Shown here: positions 37,697 to 46,459 of the stretch, piece after piece
How the letters are laid out: each line of letters opens with the position of its first letter
How positions within the stretch are numbered: position 1 is the first letter of the stretch
Assembly (NCBI GenBank): GCA_963718895.1
Contig: CAVRAG010000004.1
Location: 288,001 to 352,000, forward strand
From: an uncultured Nitrososphaerota archaeon
Lineage (GTDB): Archaea > Thermoproteota > Nitrososphaeria > Nitrososphaerales > Gagatemarchaeaceae
Reading direction: 5' to 3'
Length of the DNA stretch: 64,000 nucleotides
Program-made: the position numbers and the translations under genes
Notes under the pieces: generated by a model
Told to the model about the DNA's origin: nothing
Seen by the model: only the letters and a program-made list of their open reading frames with translations
Databases searched by the model: none

Positions 37697-38482
37697 GTGA
37701 TAACGCTCTCACCGCTCAAGACCGAGAGGAGGAGCGGCGCCTTCAATCTTCTCGACCTTCTCGACGGACTCGTTGGCAGGAAGCTGCAGACAGGCGACGT
37801 CCTGGTCGCGTCCAGCAAGTTCATCGCGATCTCTGAGGGCAGGGTCCTATCCCTGAACACGGTCGTGCCCACCGGCTATGCGAAGGAACTCTCGTCGAGA
37901 TTCAACATGTCGCCGCAGCTCTGTGAACTGATAATCAGGGAATCTGATGAAGTGCTTGGAGGAGTCATCGGGTTCATACTCGCTTCCAAGGACGGACTTT
38001 TGTCTCCCAATGCGGGGATCGACAAGTCGAATATCGAACCGGGCAAAGTCGTGCTCTATCCCAGGAACGCGCTGGAGTCAGCCTCCGCCATCGTCGACGC
38101 GATGGAGTTCCGGCACGGCGTGCGCATCGGCGTGGTCGTCTCCGATAGCCGGCTGATGCCCACCCGCCGCGGCACGACGGGCGTCGCACTAGCGGCCGCC
38201 GGTCTGGAGGCGGTCGTCGACCTTCGAGGCAAGGAAGACCTGTTCGGGAACATCCTGAGGGTTACAAGCCAGGCCATAGCCGATGACCTCTGCTCGGCGG
38301 CTCAGCTGGTCATGGGAGAATCTGACGAGGCCACACCGTTCGTCCTGGTCAGGGGCGTGAATGATAGTCTGATTGGGAAGGCGAAGTACTCTGCCTCGAG
38401 TTTCTCCGTAAGAGCAGATCAATGCGTGTACATGAGGAGCCTCGGGTACTCGGCTAGGCGAACTTTCCCTCGAGCTTCATGA
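37697..38482 (+). CDS. cofE: Coenzyme F420-0:gamma-glutamyl ligase
   Basis: SSKFIAISEGR, NAGIDKSN, DSRLMPTRRGTTGVA and DLRGKEDLFG motifs. Confidence 0.85.
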   Translation: MITLSPLKTERRSGAFNLLDLLDGLVGRKLQTGDVLVASSKFIAISEGRVLSLNTVVPTGYAKELSSRFNMSPQLCELIIRESDEVLGGVIGFILASKDGLLSPNAGIDKSNIEPGKVVLYPRNALESASAIVDAMEFRHGVRIGVVVSDSRLMPTRRGTTGVALAAAGLEAVVDLRGKEDLFGNILRVTSQAIADDLCSAAQLVMGESDEATPFVLVRGVNDSLIGKAKYSASSFSVRADQCVYMRSLGYSARRTFPRAS

Positions 38483-38648
38483 CGTCGACCTTGAAGTTGC
38501 TCGGGCTCAGTTTCGCGCCGCACTTCTTGCAGGAGTAGCCCATCGGCTTGAGAATATCGTTTGGTGAACGGAGGTCGAAACCGGAGTATATCGTATGGCC
38601 GCATTTTGAGCAGATGAGTTCGTACGTCACGGACGCGGCCAATCTCAC
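38454..38648 (-). CDS. Small Zn-finger protein
   Basis: CSKCG...CKKCGAKL, 64 aa. Confidence 0.7.
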   Translation of the reverse strand: MRLAASVTYELICSKCGHTIYSGFDLRSPNDILKPMGYSCKKCGAKLSPSNFKVDVMKLEGKFA

Positions 38649-38707
38649 CCTAATCTTAAAAGCATTACAAGAACCGTGACGCTTCAGCGACTGCGGATTG
38701 AAGCTCC

Positions 38708-40813
38708 ATGGACAAACTGCCCCCTGACTACTGCCTCGTCATCTGCGAGAAGCCCGACGCCGCTAGGAGGGTAGCTGATGCACTGGCGAGTGATGGGGTG
38801 GAGTCGATGCTGGTCAACGGGGTCCAGGTCTTGAGCTTGGAAAACGGGGGTCGCAGCTACGTCGTCTGCTCCGCGATGGGCCATCTGTACGCAATCTCGG
38901 ACTCGTTCCGCCGGAGGGAGACCTATCCCGTCTTTGACCTCGAGTGGTACCCTGCCCACCTGATAGACAAGGAGGCGGGGCACATCGAAAAGCGCATCAT
39001 CTCGATAGGGAAACTGGCGGTTGGGGCTGGGTCATTTGTCAATGCGTGTGACTACGACGTGGAGGGAGAGACGATTGGCCACAACATCCTGAGGTATGCC
39101 TGTGGCGGCAGAGAGGACACGGCGCTCCGAGCCAAGTTCTCCACCCTGACGAAGGAAGAGCTGGTCGCGGCCTTCGGAGAGGCGGAGGTCGGTCTCGGCA
39201 AGGGGCTGGCGAAGGCCGGCAGGGCCAGGCACTTTCTGGACTTCGTCTGGGGAATCAATCTGTCCCGCGCCCTCTCAGGGGCACTCTCGACCTCATATTC
39301 AGGGTACAGGACGGTCAGCATTGGACGTGTCCAAGGTCCGACGCTTGGGTTTGTGGTGGAGAGGGAGATCGAGATTCGAAGCTTCGTGCCAACACCCTAC
39401 TGGACAGTCACAGGGCTCTTCGACAAGGACGGGTTCAGTTTCGAGGCGCCGAGCGCCGAGTCCAGCTTCGCGAAGAGGGCTGATGCCGAACAGGTGAGAG
39501 ACGGATGCCGGGGGAAGGCCGCTCGCGTCTCCGAACTCACACGGAGTGTCTTCAAGCAGCCCCCTCCTCCGCCCTTCAACATAGGAGATTTGCAGAAGGA
39601 GGCGTACAGGAGCTTCGGTTACACGCCGAGCAGGACTCTGCAGATCGCCGAAAGGCTGTATCTCGACGCGCTGATATCATACCCCAGGACGAGCAGCCAG
39701 AAGCTCCCCCCCTCAATCAGGTATCGTGAGATTCTATCGAACCTTGGCAAGATGAGTGAGTACGCCGTGCCGGTCGAGGAGCTGCTCAAGGAAGAGCTAC
39801 GGCCGAGAGAGGGCGACAGGTTCGATTCCGCGCACCCAGCCATATACCCCACGGGTGAGATCCCGAGGCGCCCGCTGAGTACCTGGGAGGGCAGGTTGTT
39901 CGACCTGATAGTCCGACGCTTCCTCGTCAGCTTCGCAAGAGACGCCATCCGTGAGAGGGTAGGTGCGGAAATCAGAGTGGGGGAGCACCTGTTCCGGATG
40001 ACCGGGAGGAGGACCCTCAAAGCGGGCTGGATGCGCTATTATGCAAGGTACACCGGAATCGAGGACCGGGCCATCCCGTCGCTGAAGAAGGATGACGTGC
40101 TTTCCTTGGTCGGGGTCGATTGTGCGGAGAAGCTTGAGGCTGCTCCCCCAAGATACAATCAGAGCAGTCTGCTCGAGAAGATGGAAAGGGAGGGCATCGG
40201 CACGAAGGCGACCCGCGCCGAGACCATCTCGACCTTGATAAGCAGGGGCTACGTGTCGGGGGACAGCCTCATCGCCACCGAGCTGGGAATCTCGGTGGTT
40301 GAAACGATGCAGGAATACTGCCCTCAGATAATCTCTACAGAACTGACGCGTGAGACAGAGGCAGCGCTAGAAGCGGTGGAGCGCGGCGAAGACGACGGGA
40401 CGGCGCTCATAGAACGGGCAATCGATCTTCTCTCCGGGCAGATCGAGAGGCTGAAGCTGAACGAGCTGGAGATTGGTCGCAGGATCAACGATTCTGCCGT
40501 CCAGACCAGCATCTCCCAGAGCGTCCTGGGCGCTTGCCCCGTCTGCAAGACCGGGAAGCTCAGGCTCATCCGGTCCTTCAAGACCAAGAAGAGATTCGTC
40601 GGCTGTACGAACTACCCGGCCGGGTGCAGGGCCTCGGCGCCGCTCCCACAGAGAGGCACGATAAAGGCCACGAGCAGGCCCTGCAAGGTCTGTGGGTGGC
40701 CCGTGGTCTACGTCAGGGCGGGAAGGTATCCCTGGAGGCTGTGCGTCAACATCAACTGCCCAAGCAAGGAGGAGAAGAAACATGCAGTGCAAACTTTGCA
40801 GAAGAGAAGCTAG
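38708..40813 (+). CDS. topA: DNA topoisomerase IA
   Basis: ICEKP, ACDYDVEGETI, GRVQGPTL, ISYPRT, GIGTKATRA and C-terminal Zn ribbons. Confidence 0.95.
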   Translation: MDKLPPDYCLVICEKPDAARRVADALASDGVESMLVNGVQVLSLENGGRSYVVCSAMGHLYAISDSFRRRETYPVFDLEWYPAHLIDKEAGHIEKRIISIGKLAVGAGSFVNACDYDVEGETIGHNILRYACGGREDTALRAKFSTLTKEELVAAFGEAEVGLGKGLAKAGRARHFLDFVWGINLSRALSGALSTSYSGYRTVSIGRVQGPTLGFVVEREIEIRSFVPTPYWTVTGLFDKDGFSFEAPSAESSFAKRADAEQVRDGCRGKAARVSELTRSVFKQPPPPPFNIGDLQKEAYRSFGYTPSRTLQIAERLYLDALISYPRTSSQKLPPSIRYREILSNLGKMSEYAVPVEELLKEELRPREGDRFDSAHPAIYPTGEIPRRPLSTWEGRLFDLIVRRFLVSFARDAIRERVGAEIRVGEHLFRMTGRRTLKAGWMRYYARYTGIEDRAIPSLKKDDVLSLVGVDCAEKLEAAPPRYNQSSLLEKMEREGIGTKATRAETISTLISRGYVSGDSLIATELGISVVETMQEYCPQIISTELTRETEAALEAVERGEDDGTALIERAIDLLSGQIERLKLNELEIGRRINDSAVQTSISQSVLGACPVCKTGKLRLIRSFKTKKRFVGCTNYPAGCRASAPLPQRGTIKATSRPCKVCGWPVVYVRAGRYPWRLCVNINCPSKEEKKHAVQTLQKRS

Positions 40814-41000
40814 GGCGGGGGGTGAGCTCTGTCGCTACCATTCGGAGGCGAGAGATGCACTTAAAAGGGCTTACGAGGCCTGGGAGCAAGCCTATTCTGG
40901 CGTGGCGTGGCGAGATTACTTGAATAGAGTTAAAGCCCTTGACGAGACGGGTCAGTGGATAAAAGACGTGATTACTTTGGAGGAGGCGAGCGGTCTTTGA
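40782..41000 (+). CDS. Small Zn-binding hypothetical protein
   Basis: MQCKLC...LCRYH...Y..W..AY...ETGQWIKDV; coupled to topA. Confidence 0.75.
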   Translation: MQCKLCRREARAGGELCRYHSEARDALKRAYEAWEQAYSGVAWRDYLNRVKALDETGQWIKDVITLEEASGL

Positions 41001-41392
41001 TAAGAACGTGGGTTGAGTCTCGCTTAGGCGGAGTCTGGCAGAGGCTTGGCAAAGCCGCCGACAAGAGCGGACTTGTCTCCGAGCTGAAGGACAGATGGAT
41101 GGAGATACTCTACATCCTAGGAATCGTCCTCATGACGGCTGGGATAGTCAACGCGGCCATACAGCCCGTGAACTTCGGATACGTGATATTCCCGTCGACG
41201 GGTGCGCAGTCAGCCACTGAGACCGGGGTCGACGCGCTGGCGCTCATCATAGGGGCGGCTGGAATCTACATGTCATACCTCAGTGGAAGGCAGACGACGA
41301 AGCCGAGGATGGTCAACTTCTTCCTTGCGATCGGCCTGCTCCTGATCGCCATCGCCGTCTACATCGGAATCTACGTGCTCGGCTCCAAGTAG
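40997..41392 (+). CDS. Three-TM protein, OSTC/Ost3-Ost6-like
   Basis: TAGIV...P..VIFPSTGAQSATE...IGAAG...KPR...IGLLL pattern; TTGA-coupled start. Confidence 0.55.
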   Translation: MIRTWVESRLGGVWQRLGKAADKSGLVSELKDRWMEILYILGIVLMTAGIVNAAIQPVNFGYVIFPSTGAQSATETGVDALALIIGAAGIYMSYLSGRQTTKPRMVNFFLAIGLLLIAIAVYIGIYVLGSK

Positions 41393-41997
41393 AGCGGAGT
41401 ACTGAACCTGCCGTTCGGCCAGCTCTGGACCCCGTCGCATCTGAACGTGAGACGGTCCACGTGGACTTCGGTCAAGACCTGCAGATCTGCCGCGGCCGAG
41501 AGCGACCTCTTCGTCGTCCTGTCGGCCGCCGAGTCCCCCTCTGTCTTGTAGACTGTTCCGAAGACGAACAGGTCGTTGATCCGAGCCTCGTAGGAGAGCA
41601 GCCGGATGAAGGCGAAGAGACGCTGGGTCCCGGACCGGCGCTTGTCTGAGGAGAGGAGATAATACAAAGCGTTTAGGTCGTCGATGAGGACTGCGCCCGT
41701 CTTCATGGCGAGGACCTCGGTTATCGAATCTTCGAGCCGTTGGCCATCTTGCGGTGTAATCAGCGTCGATTGCTGCAGGAAACCCCTTGGCAGCGACTGC
41801 GTAAGGGCGCCCATGTTGGCTCCATAGAACGAGCTCGTGTCGAATATGACGGCGTGCGTCCTCGATGCCGCCAGGCACCCCAGAAGGAGGTGAGCGACCC
41901 TGGAGTTCGTTCTCCTGTTCGGTGTGATGAATACCGACGCCCTCCCCCTGAGCGGCGCGAGGAATGCAAATGCCTGTCTTGGTGTAGGAACGCTCAT
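41371..41997 (-). CDS. Degenerate RecA/RadB-like P-loop fold protein
   Basis: Walker-B-like AVLIDDLNALY and AVIFDT present; no GxGKT/S. Confidence 0.55.
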   Translation of the reverse strand: MSVPTPRQAFAFLAPLRGRASVFITPNRRTNSRVAHLLLGCLAASRTHAVIFDTSSFYGANMGALTQSLPRGFLQQSTLITPQDGQRLEDSITEVLAMKTGAVLIDDLNALYYLLSSDKRRSGTQRLFAFIRLLSYEARINDLFVFGTVYKTEGDSAADRTTKRSLSAAADLQVLTEVHVDRLTFRCDGVQSWPNGRFSTPLYLEPST

Positions 41998-42023
41998 TAA
42001 GTGCTACCGTCCCAAGAACAGAT

Positions 42024-42638
42024 ATGAAGGTTGTTGGCGTCGCAACCTCCGATAGCAGGGCTTACTATTCGATTCTATCCAGGCTCAAGGAGACCAACCT
42101 GCGGTTCGTGAGTCTGACGCCCTCCCAGGTGGTGAACGAGGTCCCCGAGCCGATCATAACCACCAAAAGCGAACTCGGATTGTTCAGCGTCGTCTCCATC
42201 CCGATAGAGGACCTCGACGAGAATCCACTTGTAATGGAGGGGCAGATCATCTCGAAGACGCTCAGCGAGAGCAAGCGAGCTATCTTGATAGGGGTGGACC
42301 CAGGCTTGAGGATAGGGGTCGTGGTCTTCTATGGAGGTTCCGGGCTGGGGTCGTTCACTGTCAACTCGATAGACTCGCTCCAGTCCAAGATAGTCAGCCT
42401 CGTGCACAACATACCGAATTCCGACGTTGTAATCAAGGTCGGGGATGGGGCTCCGAAGCTCTCGAGGAGGATTGTCAGAGCGATAGTAGAGCAGCTTCCG
42501 CAGGCGAAGGTCGAGGTCGTGGATGAGAGGGGCACGACCATCAACAAGCCAAAGTCAAGAGGGTTGACGAAGGATCAGCGCGCTGCGGAGAGGATAGCCT
42601 TTCGCAAGGGCACCAGCTTCAGGCAGAAATCCAACTAA
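42024..42638 (+). CDS. RNase H-fold (YqgF/RuvC-like) protein
   Basis: IGVDPG..IG, KVGDG, VVDERGTT and KDQRAAERIA motifs. Confidence 0.7.
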   Translation: MKVVGVATSDSRAYYSILSRLKETNLRFVSLTPSQVVNEVPEPIITTKSELGLFSVVSIPIEDLDENPLVMEGQIISKTLSESKRAILIGVDPGLRIGVVVFYGGSGLGSFTVNSIDSLQSKIVSLVHNIPNSDVVIKVGDGAPKLSRRIVRAIVEQLPQAKVEVVDERGTTINKPKSRGLTKDQRAAERIAFRKGTSFRQKSN

Positions 42639-44497
42639 ATCGCAAAATCCCTCACTATCTGCTCGATTTCTTGGTATTTGAAGTCGCCTTCGTGCAAATC
42701 CTGCTTTAGCCATGCCGGGAGCATCTCAATTACCTCCTGGTCATCGAACCTCGAGTCGAGCAAGAACACCATGCCCCGTTTGTCCGGACTCCGCATGTGC
42801 CGGCCAGCCGACTGTATTGCTTTTCTCACCGCAGGCAGCAGAGATATCACTAGATAGGCATCGTGCTTGCTGAAACCTGACCGGGTGTACTCCGCGTACA
42901 TGGTCGGGGATGGAGGAGGGAGGGAGAGGCCCACCACTACGGAAGCGTCCATCTGTTCCCCAGGGAAGTCCTCGCCCTCCGAAAACCGGGCACCCTGGAC
43001 GGCGAGCAGGATGGAGCCAGGTCTAGACTTGAAGGACTGCATTATCTCGTCCGCCTCCACGTTTCCCAGGTTGCGGGCCTCGGTCAGCAGGTTCCGGCCT
43101 CTCCCTGCATCAAGGAGCAGGGGTCGGAGAGACTCCAGCACGCCGTATGAGGGCACGAATATGCCTATCCCGCCGTGGACAGCGGCGCATATCGCCGAGA
43201 TCTTCTGGGTCATCTTACTGAACATCTCTGCCGTCCGCTGTTTGAAGCGCGTGCTGACTCCCACGTCGATGACCGTCCTGACCCTGAAGGTCTTGCTCGG
43301 ATTGACCTTGTGAATCCGGGTGCGCCCGTCCAACCCGATTGATTTCAGGAACAGGTCGCTTGGATTTATCGTCGCGGAGAGCAGCACCAAGCTCTTGTAG
43401 TCCTGTACAAAGCTTGTGAATCGGCCGGGCGTGTCGGTATCCACCAGGAACAGGGCTCTGTCTGATTTCGCAAGGATCGTCTTGTCAGAGCCGGGCGAAG
43501 AGAGGAGCTCTCTCAGGAAATCGCCGACCTTGGTGATCGAAGTCGGCAGGTTTCTTCCGGTCGCGATCGACTGCCAGGCCACGCCGGAACAGGTCGAGAG
43601 CTCGAATGCGATGTTGGATAGCCAGGTCGCATCGTGCGATTGGGAGACCCTCTCTATCAGCCGACGCTTGTCCACATACCAGGATGCGTTCTTGGCACAG
43701 AAATCTATGAGCGATTCCAGAATCTCCGCGAGCGACGACTCGATTTGCCCCAGGTACAGCTCGCGCGCATCCTTCAGCGCCTTTTCGAGGTCGGCAAAGG
43801 AGAGTTCGGTCGTGGACGAGTCTCTGATGAAGTCTCTCAGGTTGTGCGCCTCATCTATGACGACTATGGTCTGTGAAGGGGTCCACCTGGCGCTGTTGAG
43901 CAGGAGTGACCTTGACGCGTCATCGAAGAGATAGTGGTAGGTCGTGACCAAGACCCGTGAATCGGCTATGGCCAGACGAGCCACCTCATACGGACATACG
44001 TGCGAGGTCCTGCACATCCCAAGGAATCTTGAATGGCTCTGTACCGACGAGCTGAACTCTCTCACCAGTGATTCTACCTCCTTGCTCAGCAGACTGATGT
44101 TCAAGAAGTAGGAGCAGAGGTTGTTTGTGACGTTGAAGCTGCAGTACCACTTGAAGGACTCTTGGCTTACGGGAAAACGCGATGTCTCCTTGAGCAGACA
44201 GTAGTCGTTCTTGGCGAAGAGGTACGTCGTGCGCACCGGAGTCTTCCTCTGTATTCGTTCTATCTCCTCCATCACCCGGAAGACCTGCCTCTTGGTCCTA
44301 CAGGCGTAGATTATGCGATTGTCGTCCTCTTCTGCCGCGAGGATCGAACCTGTAAGGACCGGTGCAGTCTTTCCGAAGCCGCTCATCGCCTCGACGACGA
44401 GTCGGTTTCTGGTCTTGCAAGTCTCGTAAACAGAACCGGCCAGGTCTGACTGCCCTTCCCTGAAGGAAGAGTACGGGAATAGCTCTTTGAGGTTCAC
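42635..44497 (-). CDS. xpd: XPD/Rad3/DinG-family Fe-S DNA helicase
   Basis: FREGQ, AMSGFGKT, Fe-S Cys (..VCPY), IDEAHNL, LSATI, SEGEDF and QSAGR..R..D.RG motifs. Confidence 0.88.
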   Translation of the reverse strand: MNLKELFPYSSFREGQSDLAGSVYETCKTRNRLVVEAMSGFGKTAPVLTGSILAAEEDDNRIIYACRTKRQVFRVMEEIERIQRKTPVRTTYLFAKNDYCLLKETSRFPVSQESFKWYCSFNVTNNLCSYFLNISLLSKEVESLVREFSSSVQSHSRFLGMCRTSHVCPYEVARLAIADSRVLVTTYHYLFDDASRSLLLNSARWTPSQTIVVIDEAHNLRDFIRDSSTTELSFADLEKALKDARELYLGQIESSLAEILESLIDFCAKNASWYVDKRRLIERVSQSHDATWLSNIAFELSTCSGVAWQSIATGRNLPTSITKVGDFLRELLSSPGSDKTILAKSDRALFLVDTDTPGRFTSFVQDYKSLVLLSATINPSDLFLKSIGLDGRTRIHKVNPSKTFRVRTVIDVGVSTRFKQRTAEMFSKMTQKISAICAAVHGGIGIFVPSYGVLESLRPLLLDAGRGRNLLTEARNLGNVEADEIMQSFKSRPGSILLAVQGARFSEGEDFPGEQMDASVVVGLSLPPPSPTMYAEYTRSGFSKHDAYLVISLLPAVRKAIQSAGRHMRSPDKRGMVFLLDSRFDDQEVIEMLPAWLKQDLHEGDFKYQEIEQIVRDFAI

Positions 44498-44531
44498 GAG
44501 CCCGTAGTCCGCTGCACTATTTTAGGACAAC

Positions 44532-45824
44532 CTAGAGCGAGATACGCGACGTGAAATCCTCCCTTCCAAATATGGTCTGTACGGCACGGCCCACCTTGTT
44601 TCTCTGCTCCGGAAGAGAGTAGACGCGCAGCACGTCGGTGAAGCCTGTGATCGAGCCGACGAGAGGGAGTTCCGTGATTGATATCCTCTCGCTGCGCCTT
44701 CCGCTGAAATCGTCGGAGACCAGGGTAATCGAGTTCAGGGCCTCTCTCGTGTAGGTGTGCGGGACGGAGGGGGTCGTTGGCACGTCGATGTAGACGTTCG
44801 TCGCCTCGACACCTGCCTGTTTCGCTATCTCGCCGATGAGCTCATCCCTGACTCTCTTCTGACTGAAGATCTTCTCAACGACGCGATCCTTGCGCTGCAT
44901 CACCTTTTCGAAGACGCATTTGACGAGCCTCCTGTTGTTGTAGTTCTCGGCCAGTTCTCTTGCGAGCCTGAGCTTCTTGTTCTTGGGTCGGAGAGAGATT
45001 AGGCGGTGAACGACGACCTCGTCGGTAAGCTCCAGGTATCTCCCTATCTTTGATAGGTTCGTCAGTCCGAGCTCTTCGTCAGCTAGGGCCATAGAATGGG
45101 CGAGCATCAGTTCTGCCGCCCTGACGGTCCTGTGAAAGTACACGGCCTTGAACATCTCGTACCTGGCAATCAGGAGAGCCTCGAAGGCGTACAGCGCAGC
45201 CTGGTCGAGAACCAGGTGGCCCTCCATCACCTCGAGCGAGTCGATCACACGGTGGATGTCCACCTTGCCGTATTCGACGCCGGTGAAATAGGAGTCTCTG
45301 AGCAGGTAGTCCATGATATCGGCGCTCAGACCGCCTGCAATCACCTCGTTCATGAAGGGCCGAGTCTTCTGCTTGCCTATGCAGAGCTGAGACATGGCTC
45401 TTGGCGAGATGCTGTATCTCTCGAGGATCTCTTTTATGTCCGACTCCATGACTATCCGTTGCGACATTTCTTCGTGGCTGAGACCTGTCTTCTCGGTAAG
45501 GACCTCCTCAAAGAGGTGCGAGAACGGCCCGTGACCCACGTCGTGCAGCAGGGCGGCCAGTCTCAGTTCCTGTATCTGTTCCTCGTCGATGTCGACCTTG
45601 TCGGCGATTGACTCGGCTATGAGCCCGGCCACGTGCATCGTGCCTAGCACGTGCTCAAACCTGCTGTGGACGCCTCCCGGATAGACCATGTAGGCGCCCG
45701 CCAGCTGATGTATCCTCCTTAGTCTCTGCACGAAGGGCGAGTCTATTATGGCGCGCTCTTCCTCTGTGATCTTGATGTAACCGTGTACCGGGTCTCTGAT
45801 CTCCGCCACGTATCGAAGCGTCAT
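44532..45824 (-). CDS. HD-domain phosphohydrolase (dNTP triphosphohydrolase-like)
   Basis: IRDPVHGYI, QRLRRIHQL, HSRFEH, LLHDVGHGPFSH and DYLLRDS motifs. Confidence 0.92.
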   Translation of the reverse strand: MTLRYVAEIRDPVHGYIKITEEERAIIDSPFVQRLRRIHQLAGAYMVYPGGVHSRFEHVLGTMHVAGLIAESIADKVDIDEEQIQELRLAALLHDVGHGPFSHLFEEVLTEKTGLSHEEMSQRIVMESDIKEILERYSISPRAMSQLCIGKQKTRPFMNEVIAGGLSADIMDYLLRDSYFTGVEYGKVDIHRVIDSLEVMEGHLVLDQAALYAFEALLIARYEMFKAVYFHRTVRAAELMLAHSMALADEELGLTNLSKIGRYLELTDEVVVHRLISLRPKNKKLRLARELAENYNNRRLVKCVFEKVMQRKDRVVEKIFSQKRVRDELIGEIAKQAGVEATNVYIDVPTTPSVPHTYTREALNSITLVSDDFSGRRSERISITELPLVGSITGFTDVLRVYSLPEQRNKVGRAVQTIFGREDFTSRISL

Positions 45825-46459
45825 AGTCTGGACCTCAGCCGGGCATCGAGGTTGCCTTTCACGACTTGGACGATTGAGTTGTGCACACCCCTGACGCTCC
45901 CTGACCCGTCGACGGTCATCCAACCGAACTTCGGCGCCAGCTCTTTGTAAAGCGATTGGACGCTGACCTGCAGTGCGTGGTCCTTTTCGTATGAGTCCTT
46001 TGTCCCCGGCCGCCTCGATGCCATGGCCTTGGAGGGTGCGTCGAGCACGATGACCAGGTCGGACTTCGGAATCCCCTCCTCCAGCGCGGCCAGCCATTCG
46101 AGGCGAAGCCCGTGCGCGGCACCATAGACCAAGTTTGACTCTGTGTACCTGTTTACGATTACTATCTCGTTCGCGATCTGCGATTCTCTTATCACAGGCA
46201 CTTTCTCCCACCTGTTTGCTGCGAACAGCATGTGCCTCACCTCGGCTTGGAAATCGCGTTTGCCTGCCAGGAAGGCCTTGATCTCTCTCCCGATCGGGGT
46301 TTCATAGTCTGGGAATGAAAGCGACGTCACCTTGATCCCGTTCCTCCTGAGCCAGTTCTGCAGTCGAAGGCTCTGCGTGCGCTTTCCTACCGCGTCAATG
46401 CCCTCTATGGCGATTATTCGCCCTCTACGGCTCAACGAGCGCGACTTGGATGTCTTCAA
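45821..46459 (-). CDS. tmk: Thymidylate kinase
   Basis: IEGIDAVGKRTQ, FPDYETPIG, LFAANRWE and NRYTESNLVYG motifs. Confidence 0.93.
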   Translation of the reverse strand: MKTSKSRSLSRRGRIIAIEGIDAVGKRTQSLRLQNWLRRNGIKVTSLSFPDYETPIGREIKAFLAGKRDFQAEVRHMLFAANRWEKVPVIRESQIANEIVIVNRYTESNLVYGAAHGLRLEWLAALEEGIPKSDLVIVLDAPSKAMASRRPGTKDSYEKDHALQVSVQSLYKELAPKFGWMTVDGSGSVRGVHNSIVQVVKGNLDARLRSRL

